A DNA stretch of 64,000 nucleotides from an uncultured Gammaproteobacteria bacterium (GTDB lineage Bacteria > Patescibacteriota > Microgenomatia > UBA10105 > UBA927), in the NCBI GenBank assembly GCA_964609895.1, contig CAZSTG010000005.1, positions 6,998 through 70,997 of the forward strand. Direction: 5' to 3'. Below are positions 29,528 to 39,567 of the stretch, one piece after another. The position numbers and the translations under genes were made by a program. Position 1 is the first letter of the stretch; the number at the start of each line of letters is the position of its first letter. The notes beneath the pieces are model-generated. The model searched no databases. It worked only from the letters and a program-made list of their open reading frames with translations, and was not told the DNA's origin.

Positions 29528-31930
29528 ATGGTGCGTCGTCATAAGAAGATACTGATCGCCATTCTTTTTTTCCTCATGCTTGTCGGAGGGTTGTTTTATA
29601 AAACTGCCATCCACGGACATATTCCTTTTCCGGCAGACCTTTTACTTTCAGAATACGCCCCATTTCGACACACGGAATATTTCGGCTATGCATCGGGCGC
29701 TATCCCAAGTAAAGGACAATACTTTGACGTTGTTCGGGAACTGTACCCATGGAAAACTCTTGTCATCGACGCCATACGACAAAAAACACTGCCTTTATGG
29801 AATCCGTACAGTTTTTCGGGGACACCCCTTCTTGCAAATTACCAGTCGCAGGCGTTGTATCCACTTAGCTTCCTCTATCTTATTCTGCCGCAACACATTG
29901 CATGGACTATTATGATGATGCTTCAGCTGTTTCTAGGACTTGTGTTTATGTACCTGTTTGCACGCGTGATCGGCTTATCTGCACCGGCAGGTATACTTGC
30001 TGCAGTTGCATTTAACTTATCGAGTTTTTCCGTTGTCTGGACGGAATTCAACACGGTGTGGCATACCATTCTTTGGCTTCCCCTGCTCTTATATATTGTG
30101 GAAAGGGGAATAGCTCAGAAACAATTATCCGTTAAGCAGCAGTTGGTTTTTCTTTTTGCACTTTTTTCCAGCATCACAGCGGGACATCCGCAGGACTTTA
30201 TAAACGTATTCCTGTTTTTTGGCATATACACTTTTTTCCGAGTGATCACTTGTTCCTCATGGAATTCTAAGGAAAAAGTTTCATTTCTTATAAAAACGAT
30301 CGTTCCGATTGTGTGTATTGCTTTTTTGCTTGCTTCCATACAATTATTGCCGACCATCGAGCTGTTTACACTCTCTTCGCGCGTTCCGCATGATGTAGGA
30401 CATATTCTCTCAACTATGCTTGTACAACTCTGGCAACTGCCCATGCTTGTGTATCAGGATTTCTTCGGAAACCCCGCAACAAAGACGTACACCACGCCCG
30501 ATACCTACGTCGGTAAAACTATCTCCATCGGTGTTGTTGGCTTTTTGCTTGTCCTATGGTCGCTTCTTTCCAAGATACGAAATTGGCACAAAACGTTTTT
30601 TTCCTTGGTACTTGTATGTATGCTGTGCATATCCATCAGTTCTCCGATCACATACATCCTCTACCAGTTCCCTGTTCCCATTCTTTCCACGGGAACACCG
30701 ACAAGGAATTTGTTCATTCTTATGTTTGCCTTAGCGCTGCTTGCAGGCTTTGGTCTTGAAATGGTTCGCACAAAAAAATATTCAATCAGAAAAAATTGCA
30801 TTGTCACCTGCATAACCATTGCCCTTGTCTGGACAGTGGCATATATATTGCCGTCCGCTTTTCCATTTCTTCTTCCCTCTGTTCTCAAAAAAAGTGCAGT
30901 CATCATCACCGCACTCATGGGATGTTCCCTGTGTATACTCATCGCGGCAAAACAAAAATCCGTCTTTGCCTACGCTTTTATAGCGCTTGTCTCCATAGAA
31001 CTGGGATACGGATTCATAAAATTCAACCCCTTTGTTCCGGCAGATTTTCTCTATCCGGAGAATGAAACAATCACATATCTGCAAAAAAATTCCGGCATCA
31101 ACCGCTTCTGGGGGTATGGTACCGCACGGTTTGAGTCCAATCTCAATGTACAGTATCGCCTGTTTTCCACCGACGGCACGGATCCGCTGAATATCAAATG
31201 GTACAACCAGTTTATGCAGGCATCCAAAAACGGGAAACTTACACGCGTGTTTACCAGATCAACCCGTTCTGACTCGGGACTTGCCGAAGGATACGGTCCG
31301 CGTGATCTGCCTGATAACAGATACCGGTTGCGCATCATGGATCTGACCGGCGTCAAATATGTGCTGGACAGGCCGGAAAATCCAAAAGACAATTTCACAT
31401 TTGACGCTTCCCGTTTCATGCCGGTCACGACACTCAAAAACAACTATACAGTTTTTGAAAACAAACTTGTCTATCCGCGAGCATTTTTGGTGTCGACATA
31501 CAAAACATATGCATCCTTAGAATCCTTTGAAGAACAGTTTTTTGCGGATTCGTTTAATCCGAGAACGACGCTTCTCCTGCCGGAAAAAACAGCACCGATT
31601 CCAATACGAAGTGCAGATCATGCCACGGCCATAATCAGTTCCTATAAACCGGAGGAGGTTATTATTCAGACAGAAAGTGACGCACCGCAGCTTTTGTTTC
31701 TCTCGGACGCGTATGCACCGGGATGGATTGCCACGGTTGACAACCGGAGGACGGAAGTGCTGCGTGCCGACTATGCATTCCGCGCCGTTGCTGTGCCTGA
31801 AGGATCACACACCATTCGGTTCATCTACAGACCCACCAGCGTAACATCGGGGTTCATCGGAACGTGCGTCGGTATTATTCTTCTTGGAATCTTTCTCGAA
31901 GTTGGCATCATAAAGAAAAAAAAGAAATAA
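29528..31930 (+). CDS. YfhO-family membrane protein (GT-C glycosyltransferase). Paralog 1 of 3.
   Basis: 800 aa. ELYPWKTLVIDAIRQKTLPLWNPYSFSGTPLLANYQSQALYPLSFLYLILP is the hallmark N-terminal YfhO loop. Many TM helices, a large C-terminal outside domain and a terminal TM plus KKKKK tail. Confidence 0.75.
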   Translation: MVRRHKKILIAILFFLMLVGGLFYKTAIHGHIPFPADLLLSEYAPFRHTEYFGYASGAIPSKGQYFDVVRELYPWKTLVIDAIRQKTLPLWNPYSFSGTPLLANYQSQALYPLSFLYLILPQHIAWTIMMMLQLFLGLVFMYLFARVIGLSAPAGILAAVAFNLSSFSVVWTEFNTVWHTILWLPLLLYIVERGIAQKQLSVKQQLVFLFALFSSITAGHPQDFINVFLFFGIYTFFRVITCSSWNSKEKVSFLIKTIVPIVCIAFLLASIQLLPTIELFTLSSRVPHDVGHILSTMLVQLWQLPMLVYQDFFGNPATKTYTTPDTYVGKTISIGVVGFLLVLWSLLSKIRNWHKTFFSLVLVCMLCISISSPITYILYQFPVPILSTGTPTRNLFILMFALALLAGFGLEMVRTKKYSIRKNCIVTCITIALVWTVAYILPSAFPFLLPSVLKKSAVIITALMGCSLCILIAAKQKSVFAYAFIALVSIELGYGFIKFNPFVPADFLYPENETITYLQKNSGINRFWGYGTARFESNLNVQYRLFSTDGTDPLNIKWYNQFMQASKNGKLTRVFTRSTRSDSGLAEGYGPRDLPDNRYRLRIMDLTGVKYVLDRPENPKDNFTFDASRFMPVTTLKNNYTVFENKLVYPRAFLVSTYKTYASLESFEEQFFADSFNPRTTLLLPEKTAPIPIRSADHATAIISSYKPEEVIIQTESDAPQLLFLSDAYAPGWIATVDNRRTEVLRADYAFRAVAVPEGSHTIRFIYRPTSVTSGFIGTCVGIILLGIFLEVGIIKKKKK

Positions 31931-31969
31931 TATCCCGACATACAGGATACTCTTTTTCCCCGCCTCTTT

Positions 31970-33523
31970 TTATGGAACTGTATACCCGTATGTTTTTATT
32001 CCTGCAGATACCTCATCCGTTATTCTCTGCATTATTGATTTTTTGACGTATATACAGGATGGCTTGTTGGAATTAAGCAGTTGTACATACAGATCCTTGA
32101 CATCTGCAGACAGATAACCGGATTCGACATCACCGTTTCTGCATGCACCGGCATAAAATGTCGGCGGGTACATCTGAAACATCTCGTTTCGCGCCTGCCG
32201 ATATATCGAAAATTCCGGCATAATTGATGTATACCATGAGTATTTGTACGCAGTCGGCACGCCTGCGACAAAATAAATTGGATCTTCCCACATCTCGACA
32301 AACATGGTGTCACCGGGTGCTGAAAGCAGACGTATCACTTCCCCTTTGGCAAAATAATTTCCGTACCCGTTGTTAAATTCCGTTTGGGTATCTATACGTT
32401 CATGAATATATGATGAGGGAGAAAGTATCACATACACAGTGAAAAGACCCCATACACCAAACAAAATAAAACGGATTATACGTTCTGTTTTCCCTTTGTT
32501 TGACGCAAAAACACACATCATGGTTACGGCAAGAAAAATTCCATACCAAGGGATAAGATGAAAGGCATCGTAATACAGACTTCCGACCGGAACGACACGC
32601 AAATTTGCAGCTGCAAGCAGAATACATACCGTGCCCACAAGCATAAACCGTTTGTTTCGCACCGTCTCGTAGAGGATAAATGCAAGAAACAATATTGACA
32701 GTATAAACAGAACATTCTGAAAGACATTTCCCAACCCGCTGACAACCGCAAATAACGGATACGCGATAATTTGTGCCGCTGTATCAATCGTCCATGCCTG
32801 CACTCCGACTTCCATCTGAAAATTCACGGCAATCACATTAAAAAAATATTCTTTCAACGGAAGTACCGCAAGGGTCATAGCATGCAGCAATGCAAATATC
32901 AGAATCCCTCGTATACAATCTTGATTTTTGGCCTTCCATGAAAACATCATCAATAAAGTATATGCAACGATTGCCCATGGCATAAACGGCTCACGCATCC
33001 AAAAAATAAACCACGCGCATACAGCTGCAAGCACATACTCCCAATGATACAATTCCTTTTTGTACAAAAGTGAAACAATGAGCATGGTACTGTACATCAT
33101 CGGATAGACAATCAGTCCTTCCGCAAGAAATCTGTCACCGAAAATGTAAAATTTTGTTGTTTCAAAAACTACAAGCGACGCCCATGCGGGAACGCCAAAC
33201 CGGAGAATAAGAAAAACTCCGCATATGTCTGCAAACACGAGCGCGGCAATCCGGTGAAATTTCACCAGCTCAAACAGTGTTGCGGGATCGGTACTATACT
33301 GAACAGCCGCACTTATATACGCCATGAACGGCTGATGGTTAAAAAATATCTGACTGTAGAGCTGTTTTCCCTGAAGTATAAAATCCCCTGCGCCGAAATT
33401 AAAACAGTCATCAAAACAGCCGAATGCGCCGACGCGTTTCAGGAGAAAAAATGAGATACCGGCAAAAATAATCTGATAACAGAGTATCAGAAAAATTCTT
33501 GCCGCAGGTATTTTACCTCTCAT
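31970..33523 (-). CDS. Polytopic membrane protein of unknown family.
   Basis: 517 aa with a hydrophobic N-terminal two-thirds and a C-terminal hydrophilic region. Convergent with the YfhO gene upstream. Confidence 0.45.
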   Translation of the reverse strand: MRGKIPAARIFLILCYQIIFAGISFFLLKRVGAFGCFDDCFNFGAGDFILQGKQLYSQIFFNHQPFMAYISAAVQYSTDPATLFELVKFHRIAALVFADICGVFLILRFGVPAWASLVVFETTKFYIFGDRFLAEGLIVYPMMYSTMLIVSLLYKKELYHWEYVLAAVCAWFIFWMREPFMPWAIVAYTLLMMFSWKAKNQDCIRGILIFALLHAMTLAVLPLKEYFFNVIAVNFQMEVGVQAWTIDTAAQIIAYPLFAVVSGLGNVFQNVLFILSILFLAFILYETVRNKRFMLVGTVCILLAAANLRVVPVGSLYYDAFHLIPWYGIFLAVTMMCVFASNKGKTERIIRFILFGVWGLFTVYVILSPSSYIHERIDTQTEFNNGYGNYFAKGEVIRLLSAPGDTMFVEMWEDPIYFVAGVPTAYKYSWYTSIMPEFSIYRQARNEMFQMYPPTFYAGACRNGDVESGYLSADVKDLYVQLLNSNKPSCIYVKKSIMQRITDEVSAGIKTYGYTVP

Positions 33524-33579
33524 AGTTGTCTTCTTGACCGACTGCTTCTATCATAATACATAGCGCTGTTATTTAATAT

Positions 33580-35325
33580 ATGAACCGGCTTTCGAAAAAT
33601 TCCGTCTTTCTCTTTCATCTTCTCACCATTCTCATTGTTGCGGTTCTGTGTCGTTTTCTTTTTCTGGATACCATACCGACCGGTATCACGAATGATGAGC
33701 TGGACTACGTACTCAACGCAAAATCCCTATGGATGACAGGAAAAGACATGAGTCAGCGTTGGTCGCCTTACTTTTTGACACCTCCGACAGGGACGTTCCC
33801 GATGGCGGAACTTCCTTCTGTTTTAATGGCGCCTTTTGTCGGCCCATTGCCGTTATCACTGTTTACCGCCAGATTCGGATATGCATGTATCGGTTCATTA
33901 CTGTCCATACTCCTGTATTTTCTATCCTACCGTTTATTCCGTTCACAAAAAATCAGCTTTATTGTCGGATTATGCGTTGCCGTAAATCCATGGTGTATAT
34001 TTTTCAGCAGAACGGGATTGGATGCACCTGTCGCAGTATTTTTTTATTATCTGTTCTTCTTTTTTGCTTTGTCAAAAAATTCGTTCGCATACATCCTGTC
34101 ATTCCTTTCATTTTCTGTCGCATTTTTTTCTTATATCGGCACAAAACTTATCGCTATCCCGCTTTCAGCGCTGCCTCTGATTCTGCTTCAAAGCAGGAAA
34201 AATGGCGACAAACGAAAGGCAGGACTACTTATCCTCCTCAGTGTAGGATTAACCGTATTTTTTATATACAACGCCGAGCATGCAGCGACAAAGACACGCA
34301 TGGGTGAACTCTTTTTTCCGACGAACGCGATTGTGACATCCGACGTTGATGGCGAAAGGAAGTTAAGCATACCGAGCCCAGCCACTCATCTTTTTGTAAA
34401 CAAGGTCACTTCCTATGTAAGTATTTCACTATCCAAATACCTCAACGCATTTTCTCCAAATATATTGTTTCTGAACGGAGATACCAGATCCGCATTTTCT
34501 GTGTGGACGCACGGATATTTTTATATCATTGATATATTTTTTCTCCTGTTCGGATTTGCGGTCATGTTTCACGCACACAAGAAACAACTGCTGTTTCTCC
34601 TCGGAATCATACTTCTGTCTCCGATACCGACTGTATTAAGCACAGTGGGAGTCAGCTATCCGATACGTTCATCGCTGTTGTTTCCGGCGCTCCTTCTTAT
34701 CATTGGCTATGGAATCAGTGCCTGTACCGATTACCTGAAAACTAAAAAGGTTTTCTTCCCTGTCACATTCCTTATTGTATTGGTGTACCTCTTTTCTGTT
34801 GCTCATTTTCTGTTTATCTATATCTTTAGAAATCCGGTAGCCAATTCAGAAGGCTTTGATTTCAGTTCACGGATTGTTTCCTCTTATCTATTACGAAGCG
34901 GCGCAAAAACTCCAATTACGGTATTTACAGGTTCACCAAAAACACTGTACAAACAGTATATTTTTTATGCAAACATCTATGATGCAGACACAATCTCCTC
35001 TTTGGCAGACGCTTCAAACGATACTGTTTTTTCAAGTACCACGGTGACATTCAAGGCCTGTACCCAATTTGACAGGAAAGATATATCCGGCACATATATC
35101 GTGGAGCCATCGCTTGCCTGTGAAAGCATACCAAGAAAGGATATAAAAATTGAGATTGCCCAACTCGCCGATGCCGGTACTATCTACAGAATTTATAACG
35201 ATCGACTCTGCAACGCATCACAACGTCTTCCCTATCCAAAACTGAATTCCTTACATGATGTATCTGTTGAAACATTGACAGACAGCGAATTCTGCAGCCT
35301 CTATATCACAGGAGAAAAAGAATAG
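33580..35325 (+). CDS. GT-C-like polytopic membrane protein with a C-terminal soluble domain.
   Basis: 581 aa. The first loop TNDELDYVLNAKSLWMTGKDMSQ...PFVGPLPLSLF resembles ArnT/PMT loop 1 (D-E/D...PL). About 11 TM helices, then roughly 170 aa hydrophilic. Confidence 0.45.
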   Translation: MNRLSKNSVFLFHLLTILIVAVLCRFLFLDTIPTGITNDELDYVLNAKSLWMTGKDMSQRWSPYFLTPPTGTFPMAELPSVLMAPFVGPLPLSLFTARFGYACIGSLLSILLYFLSYRLFRSQKISFIVGLCVAVNPWCIFFSRTGLDAPVAVFFYYLFFFFALSKNSFAYILSFLSFSVAFFSYIGTKLIAIPLSALPLILLQSRKNGDKRKAGLLILLSVGLTVFFIYNAEHAATKTRMGELFFPTNAIVTSDVDGERKLSIPSPATHLFVNKVTSYVSISLSKYLNAFSPNILFLNGDTRSAFSVWTHGYFYIIDIFFLLFGFAVMFHAHKKQLLFLLGIILLSPIPTVLSTVGVSYPIRSSLLFPALLLIIGYGISACTDYLKTKKVFFPVTFLIVLVYLFSVAHFLFIYIFRNPVANSEGFDFSSRIVSSYLLRSGAKTPITVFTGSPKTLYKQYIFYANIYDADTISSLADASNDTVFSSTTVTFKACTQFDRKDISGTYIVEPSLACESIPRKDIKIEIAQLADAGTIYRIYNDRLCNASQRLPYPKLNSLHDVSVETLTDSEFCSLYITGEKE

Positions 35326-35334
35326 AAAAAGTAT

Positions 35335-36243
35335 TTACAAGATCCTGTCTGACATGTTCCACAGTTTCGATTGCGTTTGACGTTTTATAACGATCAGAGG
35401 ATAACGAAGTATAGCCGACATATATCCCTGTATAAACGCCAGATCTCCCCGCAAAAGTGCCTGCAGAAGCCGTATCGGTGTCCAAAACATGTGAGATGCA
35501 AAAATGGAAAAATCGCTGAGGTTTTTCCAGATAAACGTAAACTGATTTCTGTAGGAAATCCGTAAGACATCGCGAGACGTATATTTACTTTTAATGACTC
35601 CTGACTCATGATAATGTCCGACAACGCTTTTGGGTTCAAATACAATCTTCCATCCTGCTTTCCTCGCCCTATACGACAAGTCGATATCTTCCCAATAAAA
35701 TGGGGAAAACAATGCATCCATTCCTCCGAGCATATTCCACATAGTTCTTCTGAACGCACCACTTCCTCCTGATACCCATGCCGTGTCCGTCTTATCAACT
35801 TCTCCGCGTTCATGAATATAATACCCTTTGTTCCATTTTGCTGTACCTCTTCCCCGAAGAACTGTTTTTCCATGCTCCAGACTTTTCTCAAGACACCCGA
35901 CTGCGAACACATCGCCTTCCTTAAAATGTTCAAGGAGTGGCTCCAGATATCCTTTTTCCGGTTCAACATCGGTATTTAATAGCACCACGATATCACCTGT
36001 TGCGTGTTTTACTCCGCTGTTGACGTTCACCGCAAATCCGCCCTGTTTTTTGTTGGCAACCACAATGACATCAGGAAAATTCTTTTTTATGTATTCTACT
36101 GATCCGTCAGACGACGCATCATCACACACGATAATCTCCGCCCCGTTGGATGCATCAATGGTACGGCGCAGATGTTTTTCCATGAGATACACACCATTCC
36201 AGTTTGGAATAACGACTGAAACAGTTGGTGATTTTTCACTCAT
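35335..36243 (-). CDS. Glycosyltransferase family 2.
   Basis: VSVVIPNWNGVYLMEKHL...IIVCDDASSDGS followed by LLNTDVEP. Start corrected to MSEKSPTVSVV (cat 36241-36243). Confidence 0.75.
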   Translation of the reverse strand: MSEKSPTVSVVIPNWNGVYLMEKHLRRTIDASNGAEIIVCDDASSDGSVEYIKKNFPDVIVVANKKQGGFAVNVNSGVKHATGDIVVLLNTDVEPEKGYLEPLLEHFKEGDVFAVGCLEKSLEHGKTVLRGRGTAKWNKGYYIHERGEVDKTDTAWVSGGSGAFRRTMWNMLGGMDALFSPFYWEDIDLSYRARKAGWKIVFEPKSVVGHYHESGVIKSKYTSRDVLRISYRNQFTFIWKNLSDFSIFASHMFWTPIRLLQALLRGDLAFIQGYMSAILRYPLIVIKRQTQSKLWNMSDRIL

Positions 36244-36247
36244 AGGT

Positions 36248-38506
36248 TTATCTATATTGTACCCTAACCTCATGCGTTCCGTCAGGAACAATACATCCGA
36301 AGAATATATAGTTTACCCTGACAATGTCCGTTTTTCTTTTATCGATAAACACTTCCCAGTGTGGATCCATCATGTTCCCAATGACCAAGAACCTCGCATT
36401 CTTCGATGCTGTTTGAAGTATCATTCTGTCACCTTCATAGGAGGTAATATCAACGGTATCATCAGCAAATTCTTCCCCGACGATGAACCCTTCATCTTCA
36501 AGCACTGCACTTTTCCCCGGAATAAACTCTTTTGAATACAGTCTTTTCATCACATCTTCTTTTGATTTTTCAAAAAAGAATTGTTCTGCAAAATAGACCC
36601 TTGGCACTTTGGTAACAACCGAATACAATTTTGTTGTTCCCTCTTCCCGTAAAAGCCTGACTAGTGGCGAGTTGATCGTATCCATAGAAAGAATATAATG
36701 CACGTTTAACAAAGCAAACAGTGGTGAGGTGATTGTTTTTGGCGAAATGATGCGGTTAAATCCGAACGGCGGCTTGATATTTGGTTCCCCTCGCTCCATC
36801 GCAGCGATATATTCCTCATACCGGCTTTGGTACATCGGGTCATATCCCGCGACAGATTCAATATCGTAATAACTTAAGACATTGGGAGGAATAAGTCTGT
36901 CATCTGTTGCAAGCACACGGAACGGTTTTTTTATCTGTTGCAGTTGTTCGATAATTTCGGTTTTCGGGAAAAAATATGACGTATCTGTAAATGGAGTAAA
37001 CTTCCATCCAAATCGGAGGAGCTCAAATGATAACAATAAAACTACTCCAATACACACGAACGTCCGCGCAGTTTTCCATGATGATTTCATCCATACAAGA
37101 ATGATAGAAACACAAAATATTACTCCATACAGTGCAGTCGGAAGAATAAGATTATTTTTAGCAACACTGATATTTGCAACTGGAATATATGGTTTGAGTA
37201 CGCTCAGCCAAGCTCCAAAAAGCACGATACCAACCCCAATAACTACCGTCATGCATTGCCTTTTCTTTGAGCCTTTTTGTAATTCTGAAATACCATAAGC
37301 TGCCAATATGGAAAGACTAAAATCAACAATGCTTAATAATCTTGTAGGCTGTAAGGATGAAAGAAATGGAACATGAAACACATAGGGCAACCGCGCAACA
37401 GGAGAATCTACCGCAAACAATAAACAGAGAGCAACGATTGCTCCCCAAAATACAGTTGTCTTTGATAGACCAACAATGGCAAGGATAAGACCAATAACCC
37501 CTATGTAGCCGACCAGTTCACCATAATTCCATGTTCCCCAGTAATTTAATGTTGTTGGATTTCCAAAAAAATCAGGTACTATAAACTGGATAAGATGCCG
37601 AAGTGGTATAAAAAATCCTTCAGCTTGCCACACAGCACCAATGCTTCTTGCACTTGTAAGATATAAAGAAATAAACCGAGCCCAGACAGGAAACGTTATG
37701 GCAATAATAAGAAGAGGAGTAAGAATATGCATAAGATATATCCTTTTTATGTTCATCCCCCGATGTGTCCATAACGCATAAAGACAAAAGAGCACCATGC
37801 TGTAAAAAAACACCTGTATGTGTCCTGCAAAAAATGACGAGACAACGGAGAAAATAAAAAGAAGCCTCCATAGTCCTTTTCTTTTGCCTTCATGTATTTT
37901 TTCAAACGAAAGAAGCAGAAGCGGCAGCCACAATAGTGTTGAACCAATAGTTCCCCACGTAAGCCAGGAAATTGAAAATCCTGAGAATGAAAAACACACG
38001 GCTCCTGTTACTGCGCCAAGTGACGAAACTTTTTTGTGCCGTAAAAACAGATACAGAAATATCCCTGCAAGAAGCGGTTGACTAATAATGAGAATAGTCC
38101 AAGCAACTTCAAACGGAAATACAAAAAACAAAACGTTTAAAGGATACAGTGCGCCTGATTGAATGTTTCCTAATAGTGGAACCCCGGAAAATGATGTAGC
38201 ATCCCAGAGCGGCATATGACCCGCCTTCAATGCTTCAATAACCTGTTTTCTCCATGGAATCTGCTGTCTAATTGGGTCAGTGATCAAAAAATTCTTATAC
38301 GGTACGCCGTTTTGAAACGTATGCGCATATGCGTCCCGCCATGGATGATACAGACCCACAAGATCATCAGAAGGAATGGGCAACTTTGCAAAACACACTG
38401 TTTTATAAAAAAACACAAAAACAAGAATCGCAAAACACCCAATTGTTAGAATGTCCTGATAGCGTTTGAGAAAGGATCGTACTTTGTCAATAAATGTTAC
38501 TTGCAT
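36248..38506 (-). CDS. YfhO-family membrane protein. Paralog 2 of 3.
   Basis: IRQQIPWRKQVIEALKAGHMPLWDATSFSGVPLLGNIQSGALYPLNVLFFVFP. 752 aa. The C-terminal DPHWEVFIDKRKT...PDGTHEVRVQYR module has no terminal TM. Confidence 0.7.
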   Translation of the reverse strand: MQVTFIDKVRSFLKRYQDILTIGCFAILVFVFFYKTVCFAKLPIPSDDLVGLYHPWRDAYAHTFQNGVPYKNFLITDPIRQQIPWRKQVIEALKAGHMPLWDATSFSGVPLLGNIQSGALYPLNVLFFVFPFEVAWTILIISQPLLAGIFLYLFLRHKKVSSLGAVTGAVCFSFSGFSISWLTWGTIGSTLLWLPLLLLSFEKIHEGKRKGLWRLLFIFSVVSSFFAGHIQVFFYSMVLFCLYALWTHRGMNIKRIYLMHILTPLLIIAITFPVWARFISLYLTSARSIGAVWQAEGFFIPLRHLIQFIVPDFFGNPTTLNYWGTWNYGELVGYIGVIGLILAIVGLSKTTVFWGAIVALCLLFAVDSPVARLPYVFHVPFLSSLQPTRLLSIVDFSLSILAAYGISELQKGSKKRQCMTVVIGVGIVLFGAWLSVLKPYIPVANISVAKNNLILPTALYGVIFCVSIILVWMKSSWKTARTFVCIGVVLLLSFELLRFGWKFTPFTDTSYFFPKTEIIEQLQQIKKPFRVLATDDRLIPPNVLSYYDIESVAGYDPMYQSRYEEYIAAMERGEPNIKPPFGFNRIISPKTITSPLFALLNVHYILSMDTINSPLVRLLREEGTTKLYSVVTKVPRVYFAEQFFFEKSKEDVMKRLYSKEFIPGKSAVLEDEGFIVGEEFADDTVDITSYEGDRMILQTASKNARFLVIGNMMDPHWEVFIDKRKTDIVRVNYIFFGCIVPDGTHEVRVQYR

Positions 38507-39567
38507 AAAGACTGCAAAAGCAAATCATACTGTTTATTGAATGTATCCGTCGAAAACCGTGACACTTCCTTCTTCGCTTCCGCAATGATTTTTTTGTTTG
38601 CCGAAGTTGGTTTCATCGCTTCATACGTTGCGCGCTCAAGCTCTTTTGTTGTATTCCACACATACCCAGTCTTTTTATGTATCACTATTTCCGGCTGTCC
38701 TCCTCCGTTATACACAACGGGTATACACCCACTTGCCATTGCCTCAACGGTGGTAATACCAAAGTGTTCCATATTTTTTGGATCGGTTTCCCCGAATCCT
38801 GCCGCATGCCAGTATATGGATGCATGACCATACAGTGTTTGTAATTCCCTGTAGGAACAATTCACGAAAAATTCAATGTCATATCCTTTTGCCATATTCT
38901 TTAATGATGCAACATACGCTGTATCTGTCGGAAGGCATCCGCCTGCAAGAATAAGCTTCCAACCTGTCATTTCTTTCGCCTTTTTCATTTCTATAAAAGT
39001 CTTAATCAATACATCCTGCTTTTTTGCGCTGTAGAGTGCATTAAATCTTCCAACACTCACAATAGTCTTTGTTTTTGCCTTGTTTTCAAACCCTTCAATC
39101 CCAACCGGCGGATATATGACGGACACTGGGATGGTGATACTTTTATCGAGATTGTTTTTAGTGAACTCTGAATTTACTACAACTTGCTGATAATGCGTCG
39201 CTTTCCATGGATGCATGGCAATACGGGAAAACGGCACCTGAAAATGAATAATGTTATGTCTGGCAAGTGTTGTCGGTACACTGCCGTCGCTTAGGAAAAA
39301 AATGAGGTCATACAATGACGATTCAATGAGTTTCCGAACGAGCCTACGGCTTCCAAATATGTTTGGAACCACATGCACAGTACGGACATCTAATCCAAAT
39401 CTATCAATTGCCTGCGTAATAATTGTTTTGTCATCCCAAAAAAGAGAAACATCGTGTGTTTTTGACCAGTGCTCAGCCAGTGTCAATACATACCGTTCCC
39501 CACCACCAAGAGAATCAAAATACGGGTTATAGATTCCTATCTTTAGCTTTTTCGTTTTTTTGTCCAT
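38497..39567 (-). CDS. Glycosyltransferase family 4.
   Basis: KIGIYNPYFDSLGGGERYVL at the N-terminus and GFGITTVEAMASGCIPVV (E-x7-E) at the C-terminus. Start uncertain (M1 at 39579 or M5 at 39567). Both overlap the upstream stop. Confidence 0.7.
   Translation of the reverse strand: MDKKTKKLKIGIYNPYFDSLGGGERYVLTLAEHWSKTHDVSLFWDDKTIITQAIDRFGLDVRTVHVVPNIFGSRRLVRKLIESSLYDLIFFLSDGSVPTTLARHNIIHFQVPFSRIAMHPWKATHYQQVVVNSEFTKNNLDKSITIPVSVIYPPVGIEGFENKAKTKTIVSVGRFNALYSAKKQDVLIKTFIEMKKAKEMTGWKLILAGGCLPTDTAYVASLKNMAKGYDIEFFVNCSYRELQTLYGHASIYWHAAGFGETDPKNMEHFGITTVEAMASGCIPVVYNGGGQPEIVIHKKTGYVWNTTKELERATYEAMKPTSANKKIIAEAKKEVSRFSTDTFNKQYDLLLQSLCK

Noticed and set aside
33524-33579. sigma70-like promoter call (TTGACC 33534-33539 / CATAAT 33552-33557).
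   Set aside because: The spacer is only about 12 nt, and the alternative -10 (TACATA) is weak. Kept only as a low-confidence remark in findings rather than as a feature.
33729-34307. 192-aa plus-strand ORF inside 33580..35325.
   Set aside because: Alternative frame of the same strand within a GT-C gene. No motifs. Overlapped entirely by a better-supported CDS.
35394-36535. ORFs 35394..35969 (-, 191 aa) and 35828..36535 (+, 235 aa).
   Set aside because: Both overlap the GT2 gene 35335..36243 and/or the YfhO gene in alternative frames or antisense. Translations lack any domain signature.
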